Assembly: GCA_052426225.1 (NCBI GenBank)
Contig: JBNJNM010000008.1
Location: 992,001 to 1,056,000, forward strand
DNA: 64,000 bases
Source: Zancudomyces culisetae HAW-14-8
Lineage: Eukaryota > Fungi > Kickxellomycota
Direction: 5' to 3'
Each line of letters starts with the position of its first letter. Positions within the stretch are counted from its first letter, which is position 1. The notes beneath the pieces were generated by a model. It did no database searches. It saw nothing but the letters and a program-made list of their open reading frames with translations, and was not told the DNA's origin. Below are positions 25,400 to 39,626 of this stretch, piece by piece. The position numbers were made by a program, and so were the translations under genes.

Positions 25400-28300
25400 A
25401 AGTTATTATTATTATTTTTTTTTGTGTTTGAGATGTTGATGGACAATTGTTGAAAAAATTGTAAATTGATAGGAGATTTATAAAATGTTGGAGTGTCATT
25501 TTTTTTTTGGTCAATCAGGTTCAAATTCAAACAGGTTTTTCTCCTCATCATTGTTTTTGTTGTATACTTTGTTATACATCCGCATGTATTCTTTCCATCT
25601 CAAGAATAGTTGAAATGCGTTGTAGTTTTTTTCTGATAGTGCAGCCTCAGTTCTCGCTCTGAAAATATTCCAGATGGCTGATGCTAAAATAATTTTTATG
25701 TCTTTAATACGGTGCCTAATTTTGTTGCATCCAGACATAATTTCTTCCCAATTGAAGTCGATTTTTTCAATTTTCCTAATTTTTTTCAAGGTGTGATTGT
25801 CCAGTAAATGTTTTTTTTAAAGATTGGAAATTAAAAAGGAAAAAACATTATTCCAAAAACACTTGATTCTACTACAGTCAAAGTAGCTGTGTTTGATAGT
25901 TTCGGTTTCGTTTCTTTTACAGATTTTACAAAGCGAATTTTCTACGATCCAGTCCAACTCGATACTGTTTTCCCGGTTACAATTGCCCCATGTAAGATTA
26001 AATAAAGGTGAGATTTAATTTTTTCTTCAACCTTTAACCTATTAATACTATTCCAACTATACATTTTACTTTTATCTGATACAATATCTAGTTTGTAATA
26101 ATTTGGGGGGATTTTCCTAGTGTTGTTATAATTAAAATTAAAAAACCTTTTTAATTCTCTGTTCATTACATACTCTTCTGAGATTCCGTTTCCAAGATTT
26201 ATTAGCGATGCCGGCAAAAAGTAATTCGGGTTCGGCTGAGGTAACTGTTGGAAATTTTTTTCAAGACAGTATAAACAATGCTGAATTGAGTCTCTTTTCC
26301 AAAGGCAGTACTAGTGTATACTGGTTCATCAGTTGTATTTGCCTCGTTGTTTACTTGTGATAATGACATTAAAAAGTCATACACAGTATTATATCCTTTC
26401 TTTTTTAGTCTCTTATTTCTTTGATAGTTAATTCTTTTCCAAAAAACAATCGATGAATAAAGAATATACTCCAATTAATAATTTCACTAAGAGGTACTGT
26501 ATTAATGTCCCTACCATCCACATTAAATAGAATATTCCATACTTCAATAAACTTTTTTACTGAAGGGCGAATATCTCTTTTATTTTTAATGCTATTATGG
26601 AGTTCCATCAGTTCAGTAGCTAAAAGTGGACCATAATTTGTTGTAGTATTTTTAAATTGGTGGTATCAGTAGCTTCTAGATAGTGAAATCCAGTCGCTAT
26701 TGTGATCACCGGTTATAGTTGATGCTATCGCTTTTCCATAGATTAAATCTACTTGAGTTTTAACATCAATTAGTCCAAGACCACAAAGTTTTTTTGGTAG
26801 TTCAAGGGTGGTAAGAAAAATCTTGGCCTTTTTATTTGCCCAGATAAACTTTAATGCAAGTTTCTTCACCTTTGACAAGAAAATTGTGTCGAAAGGGACA
26901 ATATGTGCTGCAAAATATATTTTTGAGTATAAAAATACATTTGTCAGCAATACTCTTCCTCTCAGTGATAGAGATCTAAGCCTCATAGATTTAATTTTAT
27001 TTTCCAATTTAGCTAGAAGAGTTCATGGGTATAGTTGGTGTTAACACCTTAGATTAAACCATATTCCCAGTAATTAAAGTTTTCATTATCGGCGACTAAT
27101 GGAAACTTAGTGAAAATCTCTTGAGGATTCCCTACCTTTATAGCAATTGATTTTTCGATATTCACTCGAGCATTAGATGCTTTGCAATGAATATCAAGCC
27201 ATATTATTACTATGTTAATGTCATCACTATCTTTAATACCAATCGCAATGTCATCCGCATATGTATTGTGTTAAAGTTAGCTCCAGGTAGTTGAATACCT
27301 GTTAGGTCTTTTTTCAAACCTAGTAATAAAGGCTCAATTACTAGGTTATACAACAGGGGTGATAGTGGATCACCCTGTCTAAGACCATTGTTGATTTGAA
27401 TTTTATCCGTAAATACGGAGTTGACATTTTCTCTAGTCGTAGCACTAGTGTAAATTGATTTAAGATATTGAATAAACTTGGGGCCAAGGCCAAAAGCATT
27501 TAAGCACTTAATGATATAATCCCAGTCTACTCTATCATAGGCTTTTTCTTGATATAAAAGAATCAAGTGCCCATTATATTTATCTGGGTCCAGTTGACTA
27601 AAACCCAAATGGTTATTAGTCATATGGATATTATCAAAGATGCTACGATTTTTGATAAACCCAGTTTGAGACTGGTTAATTAACTTACCTAATATATTCT
27701 GCAACCTAGAGGCTATAATTCTATTGAAGATTTTCTCGTCACAATTAGATTTACTAATATGACGATAGTTATTATTCTGCCTCAGATCACCGGTTTTGGG
27801 AATCAAAAAGATTATCGAACCTCCCAGATGCTCTTTAAAGTCCTGGAGAGGTGAATTGTATAATACATGAAGAATTATTGTAATATCTTTTTCAAAGTGC
27901 TTGTAAAATTCAAAGGTCAATCCATCAGGTCCAGGTGCTTTATTCCTGGGACATTTTTGGATTGTTTTTAAATTTCCTCAATAGTTATTGAGCTATCTAG
28001 CACAATGCCTCCAGACTAGTTAGCCTATTTGATGAAATGTAAATTTAAGTGATTTACACTGTCAATTCAAGATAACTAAAAACCTAACAATAATGGACGC
28101 CAAATTTTAGTGTCAAAACTAGTGTATTGATGTCTTTTTTCCATTTTATTGATTTTATACATTTCCAAGCTTATTAATGTTTTTTATGGGCTATGGAAAA
28201 CTACTCATATATAATAGGGTAGAAGACAATCAGAAAGGAGGAGTCGCAAAAAAAAAGAGATTTCGTTTGTATCAAAAAAAAAATAAAGCTATTTTCAAAA

Positions 28301-31300
28301 GATCTAAGTACACAAAACCAAAACTGAAAATATACACAGGATTTGGAACACGCTAATACATACCCAAAAAGAGGATTGCTAGCGGGGCTTACCATATTAC
28401 CTAGTCGTTAAAACAGTCATTAATATATTAGTTTTTCTTACAAGTTTTAAAAACACTTTAGGATAATTTTTCAAAATAAACAAATTTTTACTAAACTCTT
28501 ACTCCAATTTTTAAAAAGAAAGAACAAAAGAACGAACCCTATCATTGGTAAAGCCGGGATGAATAAGAATAATCCAGCCAAAGGAAAACCAACAAAGCAA
28601 CATATTTGTTATGTTATTTAGTTATTTAAATTGACAATCCACCACTGTTGTTCTTTTATTAAATAGTATACTAAAAATTTATAAATATGACTAGAAATTT
28701 TATTATGATTATTAGAAGTAGAGTTATCTCAAATAAAAGTTCTTCAATTGACATATTTTTTCACTAGACTTTAACAAATTGAAAAAGTATTTGTTGGTTT
28801 GCTCACCATTTTCAAAGTAATTGGCTCTACTTCTAATAGCCATACCTCGACACTTGTTTAATAGTTATTTATTTCGTTTAAATTCCAGTGTTCGGAATTT
28901 ATAAGTGTTATTAATATCGTTACTATTTATACAATTAATTTTGACTTTAGCAAATTTGCTTTGATTTTATACTCTTTTTTGCCAAAATCAATAAAATAGC
29001 CTTTATTCAATGATTTCGCTTTAGCGCATTCAAGTAAAGGATCTAAAGAAGGATTAATACTGTCCAAAATACCTTTGATAGTTTCACAAGGTTTGTCATT
29101 TTTTAAGTGACTTGAGTTAAGTTTCCAATTGTCGTGGTTCTTTTTAGGAGAATCACAACTTATTGGATCCTTCCTGTAACAGACTTCAATATATCAGTGG
29201 TCCGAAAATGGCCCTACCTCAATCCTGAAGTTGTGATAGAATTGTAAACTATAACTACCCACACGGATGTGGTCAATTATTGACTTACTTTTTCCATCAC
29301 CGCTTACAAAGGTATACTCCCTCCCATTATCTTTATTATTAAATATATTATGTAGATTTATAAGAGTAAAATGTGATATGATATTATTAAGACTGTCCCA
29401 CTCAGTAGGCTTATTATTTGATGGATTCGGTCCAAAACATTGCTTTGTACCATATTAAAGTCCCCCATCATTATAATATTCATATTGAGTAGAATGTCAT
29501 ATTTTTTTTAATATTATCTCAAGACAGTTAATAAAATTTTGTCGATTTTTGGAGTCTGATGTGAAGTATTAATTAAAGTTAAAAAACTCCACATCGGTTT
29601 TGAGATGTTGCAATTTGACGAATATAACACGGCCGTCAATGAAAACATCTCTCTCCAGTATTTTAAATTCATTATTATTTATTAAGATAGCAGTTTGTAG
29701 TGCCCAAATGCAATCACCTCCCCATTTAGATGACCAAAACTGCTCATATCAGGAACAAAATGTACTTCCTGAAGACAAATTATGTCCGAGTTAGACATAA
29801 ATTTTAAAAACTTAAATGCTTCGGACCGTTTTTGAGGGCTCCGTATACTCTTAATATTAAAAGTTAAAAATTTAATCATATATTATTAAATGAAATAATA
29901 CCTTAACAATCCAAATTCATATTTGATGAATTAGATTGTTTTTTCTTACCTGTTGCTGTAGGAGTTGGTGATCCCACTGTACCTGGCACCGTCCTACTTC
30001 TCAACACCCTATCAGTAATAATTGGGTGTCCTGGAAAAGCAATTTTTTGAGTATTATTACTCTTTGTCGCTTTTCCAGGTTTCTATGAAGCCTGACTGGC
30101 TGGAGCTTGATTGCCTGAAATATTTTCAGGTATATCAACCTGATCCTGAGTCAATTGGGGAGTGGACTCTTGGGTTTCAGTAGGATCTGCGGTCCCAATT
30201 TCATCGACCACCATCCCGTTTCCTTCTGACTGTTTCTCCTCGATATGAGGTTGCTCAACTGTAGGTTGATCAGAAGCAGTTGGGATCTCAGGACCCTTCT
30301 CCAGTTGCTTAATTCTTTCTTGCTCTTCCAGCTCTCGAGCAATAGCAAGCTCCGCTTCAATTGTTTTTTCAATCTCGGCGTCCTTTGCTTTCTGAGACTG
30401 CTCTATCTCCCTGTTTATTTTTTCTGAGCTTTGGAAGGGTTGTTATTGTCAGGACCTGACAACTAAGTATTTTTTTATTTTATTATATTTAATTTTATTT
30501 AGTTATTTAAAGTACTATATATCTTGTGAAGATATTAATTGCTGAAGCTTCTTTTTCAATAAAATCAATGGCTATATGTACTTTTCCAAAACTACTAAAA
30601 AACTATGAAAAACCTTGTTATAACTAAATAGAAAATTCTAGAATGTTAGAATTCTAGAATGATTACTAATCAATTGATTAGTAATGTAAAACGTGTAATT
30701 GCGCAGCAAAATGTCGTAATATTAACTCGTTTCTAAATTTCCTTATCTACTGCGCAATCAACAAAATTAAATTGCCCAATATGATTTTTGATAAAATTTC
30801 GCAGCAATTTAGTAATAAAATACAACACGTGTATTTAATTACAAATGATTGATAAATCATGACAGTTATTATATTTATTGCCTGTAATAGTTTTACTTTT
30901 TTAATTAGTTATTTTAGTAACTATTTTTATAATTTTTTTTAGATTTATTTAGCTTTAACTCTGCGCAATCTGACTTCCAGTGTTCCAAGCTTGAGCAGAA
31001 GGTACAGATTTTTGAGCACCCTAGAAAAACCATAGGGATTTTTCGCTCTTCGATTACCAAGCAGTTTGGGATCTCGATATCTGCACTCTTCTTTACAAAC
31101 AGGATCCTCATGTCGAATGGCGCCACTCCAAAACAGTCAGTTGATTTCCAAGCACCAATATCTATAATCTCACCTAGCGGTGCAAGAACTCTATTGGCTT
31201 CCTCAACGACCGCTTTAATGTGGGCCACCCTAAAGTCAGGGATGTGAAGGAACGTAAGCTTCTCTCCATAGCTTATTGTCTGAAAAAAGCTGAGCTTTTT

Positions 31301-31760
31301 CCCGGCATGTTCAATCTCATTTTTCAGCAAAAGATTTGCATCTTCAATGCTGTGAAAGGTGAAGTACGCAATTCCTGCGCCGTTATCAATATACAGATTG
31401 AATAAGGTGTCACCTAGAGAGTTGGTGATGGTTCGGATTCCAGCTTCCTGGTCCTCACCAAGGGAGTGAAGGTGAATCCCGATTTTTAAGTCGGAGCCCC
31501 CCTTGCATATCCTTTTACTGGCTTCTCATTTACCTTTGTCAAGTAAGTACTTGAAGGAGTAAAAGATGAAAATTTCATAATTATTGAATGAAAAACTTCC
31601 AACTCCCTTTTCATCTTTAAGGTATTTGCCTTATAGCGTTCCTTTCTTTTTCTTTTTGCTTCCATATTGGGTTTTAGGCCATTTTTGGCCGCACCACCTT
31701 AAAGATATTGGTTGTCACTTACATTTTGGGAACTCATTTTATCAAATCTAAATTTTATAA
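25400..31760 (-). mobile_element. Decayed non-LTR retrotransposon (L1/Tx1-like LINE)
   Basis: ORF1 CCHC CTFCSSLEHWKSDC (30914..31330); APE start TFNIKSI...ICLQEVH (29879); RT KAPGPDG, QTGF, EKAYDRVDW, GLRQGDPLSPLLY; C-terminal CxxC...H...C near 25870..25935; ends approximate. Confidence 0.9.
30447..30864. repeat. Solo LTR family J inside LINE ORF1, 5-bp TSD GTTAT
   Basis: TGTCA...TGACA with an exact TSD. Confidence 0.92.
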
Positions 31761-32124
31761 TCATTTTTTTTTATATGTTTAATATTATTACAAGATGTGA
31801 ATTTATGTATTTTGTTAGTGTTATTAGTCATTATTTATATTTTAACCATTTATTCATACACTAGCGAGCTTGATTAAAGAAATCAAATAAAACTTATTTG
31901 ATTGCAAAGCTCAAGATGAGATTTGGTAAATTTATTTTTAATTTTTTGAATATTTTTTAATAATTATAAATATATAATATATAAGTATGTATCTAAGCGG
32001 ATAATAGTAGTATAGGTGGTTCTTATCGAGATTCTTGTTGATTTTTGTCAGTTATTATTTCTCATCTGTTTCTTTATTACACTATTTCATCTGTTTTATC
32101 CAATTTTAATGTATTTAAGACCGA

Positions 32125-32910
32125 GTTGAGAATTTATTTTTGAAAAAATTGTTTCCTACTGTCATGAACTGAAACCATAATTCTAGATTTCTACCTTATT
32201 AGTATTATTACATAACATAGTTAATTATTACGCAATTTTCGGGTACAATTAGTACTTAACGAGTCACTCCAGAAAATCCAAGTATCTTCTATTACAATAG
32301 TTTGTAACTATTGATTAGTAAGCAAAGGTTAATAGTTTAGGTTATTTTATGTTTATTCATTTTAGCTATTTTAAAGGTATAAAAACCCTAGTTTTTTCTC
32401 TAAAACTTAACATTATCTGACAACAAATGTCTATAGTAAAACTTAAGTAGTACTTAAACAAATAAATAAATCATTAAAAAATGATACTGACACCTGCGCA
32501 AAATAATTTAAAGTACAAAAATTATGACCATGTCATAAATTTTTGTCAATTTTACAGCCAATTTAATAGTACAAATTGATTTATTTTTTAGTCGAATCGA
32601 TTTTATAATTTATTAGTAAATATAGTATTAATCATAATATTTGTAAATTATTAGTATAAAACGTAAAAATTGTAAATCCGACCACAACCACACTAAAACT
32701 AAAAATAATCATATATAGTGAGGCGTAAAACAATATTTATAGTGTAAGGAAAGAGCCATTTTGGCTACATTTTACAGGTTTAGGGCGGAATTCTTTTAAA
32801 TAAAATTATTTATACCAAAATTTGTAAAAAATTATCCAGTTGTGTTCTTTCCGAATGGGTATTAAGATTAGTGGTTAACTGGCTAGAATGGAAATTCTGT
32901 GTCAGTAATA
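32125..32910 (+). repeat. Old truncated E-family LTR
   Basis: Aligns to about 49070..49520; interrupted by the insert at 32160..32492. Confidence 0.85.
32160..32492. repeat. Solo LTR (J-like), TSD CCTAC/CCTGC
   Basis: TGTCATGAAC...TGACA, same start as 42253; interrupts the E LTR at CCTGC. Confidence 0.85.
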
Positions 32911-32914
32911 ACTA

Positions 32915-35900
32915 CATAAAGATAATAACCAATAGGAATCATTTTCCATTTAATTTGGTAGTATACAAACCTTTACCAAAGCATATTAGTAAACTTTAAG
33001 TCTTTTAATCTCTTTTATATAGTATCTATACTATTACAATAAAGACAATCATAACATATTAAAAGACTTATAAAGGTTCCTGTAATTCTCCTAGTTAAAC
33101 CTACACTTGTCATATCTTAGCAAACCCTAGTATAACTCTGTCACAACCATAGCAAGAACCATGTCAGAGAACAAATTCGCTGAAATAAAAGCTGTAGAAA
33201 CGAATCCGTTTCGCATGGCTGAACTAAAAAGACCAGAACTAGAAAAATTCGATGGATCAGCAGCTAATTATGACATATTCATGTCACGCCTGAGATTCCA
33301 CTACTGGTCGTATCCAGAACACTTTGAACTAGATAAACAAAAAATCAGATTCATAGGAAGTCACCTAACCTGAGCAGCATCACTATGGTTTTTGAATCTG
33401 GTGGGTTCAAAACCAACATTACTAGAAGATTATGATATTTTTTTGGCTACATTCAAGAGCAGATTTTCAGACCCCACAGCCCAAGCCACCGCCATTAACA
33501 AAATGACTAATCTTAAGCAAGGTAAACGCCCATTGGCTGAGCACGCAACAGACTTCATTACATATGCTAACCTATCAGAATTCAATGACGTTGCAAAAAT
33601 TCATACTTTTGTAAACAGCCTGAATAAGGATATTTTGTTGTATCTCTTCGCTACAGAACTGCCTAGCACCTTGGACGAAGTCATAAACGTAGCCGCCAGA
33701 GTAGAAAACAGAGTCAAAGCCAGAAACCAGTGCCTCCAGTTGGCAGCAGAAGAGCCACTCAGTCTTAACCCGTTTAGACCAATCCCAAGCAGCCTACCAC
33801 CAACGGAGCCAATGGATGTGGATGCCACTACCCTCCGCCCCCGCTACCCCCGCAGACCCCGCGAACACCGGGAACCCCTCACCCCAGAAGAACTCCAGCG
33901 CAGAAGAGACTTAAACCTGTGTCTTTACTGCGGAAAACCGGGCCATTTTGTAGCAAATTGCCGAGCCAAAAGGCTTTAAAAGGCCGTACCCAACAGTAGC
34001 CGGGAATTTAATATTGGGTAATTCCTATAGCAGATACACAAATAGTAGTGATGTTCCAAAGAAATTTTTAAAATTAATAAAGTTAACCAATAAAACATCG
34101 ACTACCCAGTATTGGCACTGATCGACTCCGGAGCATCAGCCAATTTTATCTGCGAAAAATACCTCAAGGAATTAAATTTTCTCACAAAACGCCAAGACAG
34201 ACCAGTAGCCGTATTGAAAATAGACGGAAAACCATTGAGCGAAACAAACATCGGTTACAAAGCTCACAGAATCAAACTAACCATTGGCCAGCACCAGGAA
34301 TACACAGATCTGTACCCCATAAGACCACAGCATGCCAAGATCATACTAGGTTTATCTTGGTTAAAAAAACACAATCCGAGCATTGATTGGCCGTCGTTAT
34401 CCATAAAGATAGACTCCAACTTCTGCAAGTACAGATGCTTACCCAAGACAGAGACACTGAACATGGTATACCGATGCCCAGACCCAAGCGACGACGAATC
34501 AGAAACTAGAAAATCTAAACTAGCCGCAAACTCGTACATCAGAACCAGAGAACTTAAGCCAAGGTACACTAAAGTCGGGTTACCCAATGTCGACAAGACC
34601 CCATTTTTCGGTAAAAAATGGGCCGAAAAGATTCGAAGCAGCTATTTTTCCGACCTCATGGAACTACAAGAATGCGTGAACCAGGCTACCAACAAAGCTA
34701 CCAACAAACAGGAACAGAATACCGATCCAATGCCAATCCCACCAGTAATCCAGGAACCCGGTTCAGCAAGCGACTATTTCTCAGCCGACGAACCAGAGAC
34801 AGCCAAGCAAACTGAAGCCAATCAAGCCGACCATGCCGAATTCGAGGAACCGGATCAGCCTGCAGAGACCAAACAAGAAAAACCGCCACAGATCACCGAA
34901 ATCCCACCACCGACACCAGAACCAGAAAACGCCCCGCCAGATACTGCCACGCCCCCAGTAGTGCTCATAAGTCCACCCCCAACAATAACTCAATTACCCC
35001 GCCAAGACCAACAGAAACACACACACCAGGAGGAGCCCAGCACTGAAGAACAAGAGATGCCGGAGGTCTACAGCCAATTTATGAAGGTATTCAGCAAGGA
35101 GAAAGCCAATACACTTCCAATGCACAGAAGATACGACTGCCCAATAGACCTAAAACCCGGATCCGAGCCAACATTTGGCCCCATTTACAATTTAACGGAA
35201 CCAATAAGACGAGAACTGGCAAAATACACAAAGGAAAACTTAGCCAATGGGTTCATCAGGAAATCCAAAACATCAGCAGGAGCTCCAATCATGTTTATCA
35301 AGAAGAAAGATGGTTCGCTCAGACTTTGCGTGGACTACAGGAAGCTTAACGAAGCTACAATAAAGAACCGCTACCCGCTACCCAGAATAGATGATTTGCT
35401 GGACAGACTTAGAACAGCCAAGATTTTCACCAAGCTGGATCTACGGAACGCCTACCATTTAGTCAGAATCAGAGAAGGCGACGAATGGAAAACCGCGTTC
35501 AGATGTAGGGAAGGCCACTTCGAGTACCAAGTAATGCCATTCGGGCTTACAAACGCTCCAGCCACGTTCCAACACTTCATCAACGACGTACTGAGGGATG
35601 TCCTGGACCATTACGCAGTCGCATAATTCGATGATATCTTAGTCTTTTCTAACTCTATGAACGAACACATTGATTATGTGAAATCCGTACTGGGTAAACT
35701 TTTGTGACATAATCTTTATGTCAAAGGGGGAAAAATGCGTTTTTCATGTGAACAAGGTTCAACGTTTGGGGCAGGTTATTCAGACAAAAGAGTAGAAGCC
35801 GAGTCAGAAAGCTAAAAAATGTGATGAAATGGGAAACACCCAAGAACAACAAAGACATCCAAACATTTTTAGGCTTCGCTAACTATTACAGTAAATTTAT

Positions 35901-38556
35901 ACCAGACTTCGCCAAGATGGCAGCCCCACTGTCAAGACTGCTAAAGAAAGTTCAAGGATTTACCTGGACTCAAGAAACGGAAATGGCCTTTAACGAACTC
36001 AAATGGAATCTGACATCTACCGCAGTGCTCAAATTTCCAGACCCAGACAGACCATTCATAGTAGAAACAGACGCATCGGACTTTGCAATAGGAGCAGTGC
36101 TATCGCAGGAAGACTCGGTTGGATTACTAGCACCATGCGCATTCTACTTGAGAAAACTCCAGCAGGCAGAGATCAATTATAACATTTTCGACATGGAATT
36201 ATTAGCCATAGTCGAAGCCCTAAAGGAATGGAGACACTACCTCGAGGGAGCCAATCACAAGGTGACAATACTTTCGGACCATAAAAATCTGGAATACTTC
36301 AAGACAGCTAAATCACTCAACCGTAGGCACGCTAGGTGGACCATATACCTCAGCAGATACGACTTCACAATTAAGTTCAGACCAGGGAAAAACAGCGGGA
36401 AACCAGATGCGTTGTCTCGAAGAGCAGAATTCAAGGCCAAAGAAGAGCAGAACACGCCGATCATTCCAGCTAAACACTTCCTGAACATGATCAGTAGTCC
36501 AATCAACTCAATCAGAGAATCCATAGTTCAAATGATAGCAGCAGAGCCAGAAAAGTTAAATGATGAGCTCAACAGCATCAGAAAAAAATCTCCAACATCA
36601 GTCCCGGAGTTCAATGAACAGGCAGGAGTATACTTTATTGACAAAAAGGTATGGGTACCAGAAAGATTAATATTAGATGTGGTCCGCTCCCGTCACGATT
36701 CACTCGTAGCAGGCCATTTCGGAATAGCAAAGACTTTAGACCTTATCAACTGCGATTTTTGGTTTTCAAAGATAAACAAATACGTCAAAGAATACATTAA
36801 ATCCTGCAAAATTTGTATCAGATCCAAGCCCAGCCGCCACAAAAAGTACGGATTACTGCAGCCCCTATCAGTCACATCCGCTCCCTGGAAATCAATCACC
36901 ATGGATTTTGTAACAGACCTACCAAAATCGAAAGGGTGCACAGTTCTAATGGTAGTGGTGGATAGGTTCTCGAAAATGGCGCATTTCATCCCGTTGAAAA
37001 AACTACCGTCCGCATTAGAAACGGCTGACGCGTTCATAAGAGATATTTTCAGAATACATGGCATGCCAGACGAAATCATTTCTGACAGAGGCGCGTAATT
37101 CACATCCAGATTCTAGCGCAGTCTGTTCAAACAGCTCGGAGTATCGATAAAACTCTCATCCGCTTTCCACCCAGAAACAGACGGGCAGACAAAGGACTAA
37201 TCAAACCGTAGAGGAATATCTCAGAATGTACAGCAATTATAAACAAGACAACTGGACAGAACTCCTCCCGTTAGCCGAATTTGCATATAACAACGCGAAT
37301 CAAGCTTCCACACTTAAGTCGCCGTTATTTGCTGTATATGGCTACAACCCAAGAATGGACCCACATATGCTAATTCAGACGACACCCCACAGGCTCGCAA
37401 CAAGGTCAAAACAATGGAACAGATCCACAAACAGCTAAAAAAGAACCTATCCAACGCCATTAAAAACCAAAAAAAGTTTGCAGACAACAAGCGTTCTAAT
37501 CCCCCAATATTCAAAAGCGGTGACATGGTATGGCTAAATTCAAAAATCATCAAGACCGAAAGACCCTCTCAGAAACTCGATTGGAAAAAGCTGGGACCGT
37601 TCAACGTACTAAAGAAAATTAACCAGGTAACTTCAAACTGGCTCTCCCAGCTAGCATGAAGATCCATTTTAGTTTTCACGTTTCACTGTTAGAACCATAC
37701 CACGCTAACAAAATCCCCAAGAGAATCCGGCCTCCTCCCCCGCCAATAATCGTAAATAACCGGGAAGAATTGGAAGTAGACGAGATTTTGGATAGTAAGA
37801 TTTCGAGAAAAAGAATTTACTATAAGATCAGATGGAAAGGTCAAGGACCTGAAGAGGACACATGGGAACCAGTGAAACACTTAAACTGTCCCGAGAAGGT
37901 AGCAAAATTCAACCAAAATACAACAGAAGCAACTTAAGCAATATCGCAACTAAACATTATTTCCCAACAAAACTCACTAGCAATAGGCACCGTACATGGC
38001 TATTGGATAAAGGTCTAGAGATTTTAACTGAGTGGGGCGCCGGGAATTGTCACCATATTCTACTTCCCATTGGAACCTAATACCACCCACAGTTCGGACT
38101 CTCCTTTATCACTAAACCATTCCGACACAGCAAAAGCTGTTCTTACGCCGAGCTTGAGTTTAAGTGGTAAAATAATATTTAAACAGCGAAATGATTAATC
38201 CGGCCGAAGAAATAATTATTAGAATCGATTTCATTTCGATTTTTGTCTGAAGAAAACCAAACTCAACAGGAAAATCGATTGTTTTTATACACGAACCAAA
38301 AAAATTTCCAAATATGAGACATTTGTAGATTAATTTTACAAAATTTACTTATCTTTTACACTAAATCCTCAAAATAATAATTTAAATAATTATTTAAAAT
38401 GTTGGAGAGTGGATAATATAAGGAACTAACAAATAGGAATCATTGTCCATTTAATTAGTTAGTATATAAACCTTTACCAAAGCTTATTAGTAAACTTTAG
38501 ACTTTTAATCTAGTTTTTTTAGTATATATACTGTTACAATAAAGTCAATCATAACA
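32915..38556 (+). mobile_element. Chromovirus 2, decayed; 5' LTR remnant about 32915..33056; 3' LTR about 38048..38556
   Basis: Gag from 33161 with CCHC CLYCGKPGHFVANC; [22 protein letters not shown], chromodomain YKIRWKG...DTWEP; several stops and frameshifts. Confidence 0.92.
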
Positions 38557-38848
38557 ACTACTGATGATTGGAGGCAAGTAATTTGGTCCGACGAAACTAA
38601 AATCAACCGATTTGGATCTGATGGAAATGAATGGACTTGGGTTCGTGATGGTGTGAGTCTACAGCCCCACAATATTAACCAGACCGTTAAACACGGTGGA
38701 GGATCATTAATAATATATGGATGCATCACAGCATTTGGAACTGGCTACATGTGCCGAATAGAAGGAATGTTAAACAAATAAAAATATTTAAACATTTTAA
38801 AAGACGAGCTTAGCAATACAATATAGTATTACAAGTTGGATCTCAAGT
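38557..38848 (+). pseudogene. Tc1-family transposase fragment
   Basis: Translates DDWRQVIWSDETKINRFGSDG...TVKHGGGSLIIYGCIT...G...C.IEG.L, typical of the Tc1 DDE domain; missed by the ORF track. Confidence 0.9.
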
Positions 38849-39550
38849 TGTTAGGAATGGACAATTCCTGGAACATAATTTTTAGTTACATTTTGGCCTA
38901 CTAAAAATCTAACCTATTTTATTATTTCATTTCCGGTTTTTTAATATGCCATTCCGACATTAGTATCATGTTTGCAAAATTCACCATGAATTTTCTGATT
39001 TTATTATTTGGAAAATTTACTAAGCGAAATCACGAAATTTTCCAATAATTAAATTTAACAAAAATCCTTGAAAAAATTGGATAAACAAAATCAATGCTAA
39101 AATCGATAAATAAAATCAATGATAAAATCGATAAACAAAAACAATGCTAAAATCGATAAACAAAAACTATGATAAAATCAATAAACAAAATCATTGTTAA
39201 AATTGATATACTAAATCAATGTTAAAATTGATAAACCATATCTATGTTAAAATCAACAAATGAAAACTACAAGTTTCACGATAAGTAGATACCTAAAACT
39301 AGTTCAATTTTACATAGACAAATTTTATAGCTAAGATTTATTGACTTTAAGTTTTTCTTCACAGTAAAATTCTCTGATGAAAAATTATATAAACCCTTCG
39401 AAATTCCGTTGGGATACATCAGAGAAAAATATATATTGATGAACACATCTAATATTATATTTTTCTAAATACTTACTACTCCCTAAATAAATATTAATCA
39501 AGCATAACAAATCTCTACGCCAAGTTATAAGCAGCACATTGTTTATAACA
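38849..39550 (+). repeat. Solo LTR related to chromovirus 1
   Basis: TGTTAGGAATGG...TATAACA, 25-bp tandem array, near-identical TATA/hairpin block; no TSD match. Confidence 0.9.
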
Positions 39551-39626
39551 TTTGGTTATTTATTTAATAGTTTTTGTGGTTGATTTAGTAGTATTTTAAT
39601 CATTATATTTTTTATATAATTTAATT

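Noticed and set aside
33974-33979. prfB-like +1 frameshift at CTT TAA
   Set aside because: A canonical -1 heptamer and typical Gag end appear with a single upstream base restored.
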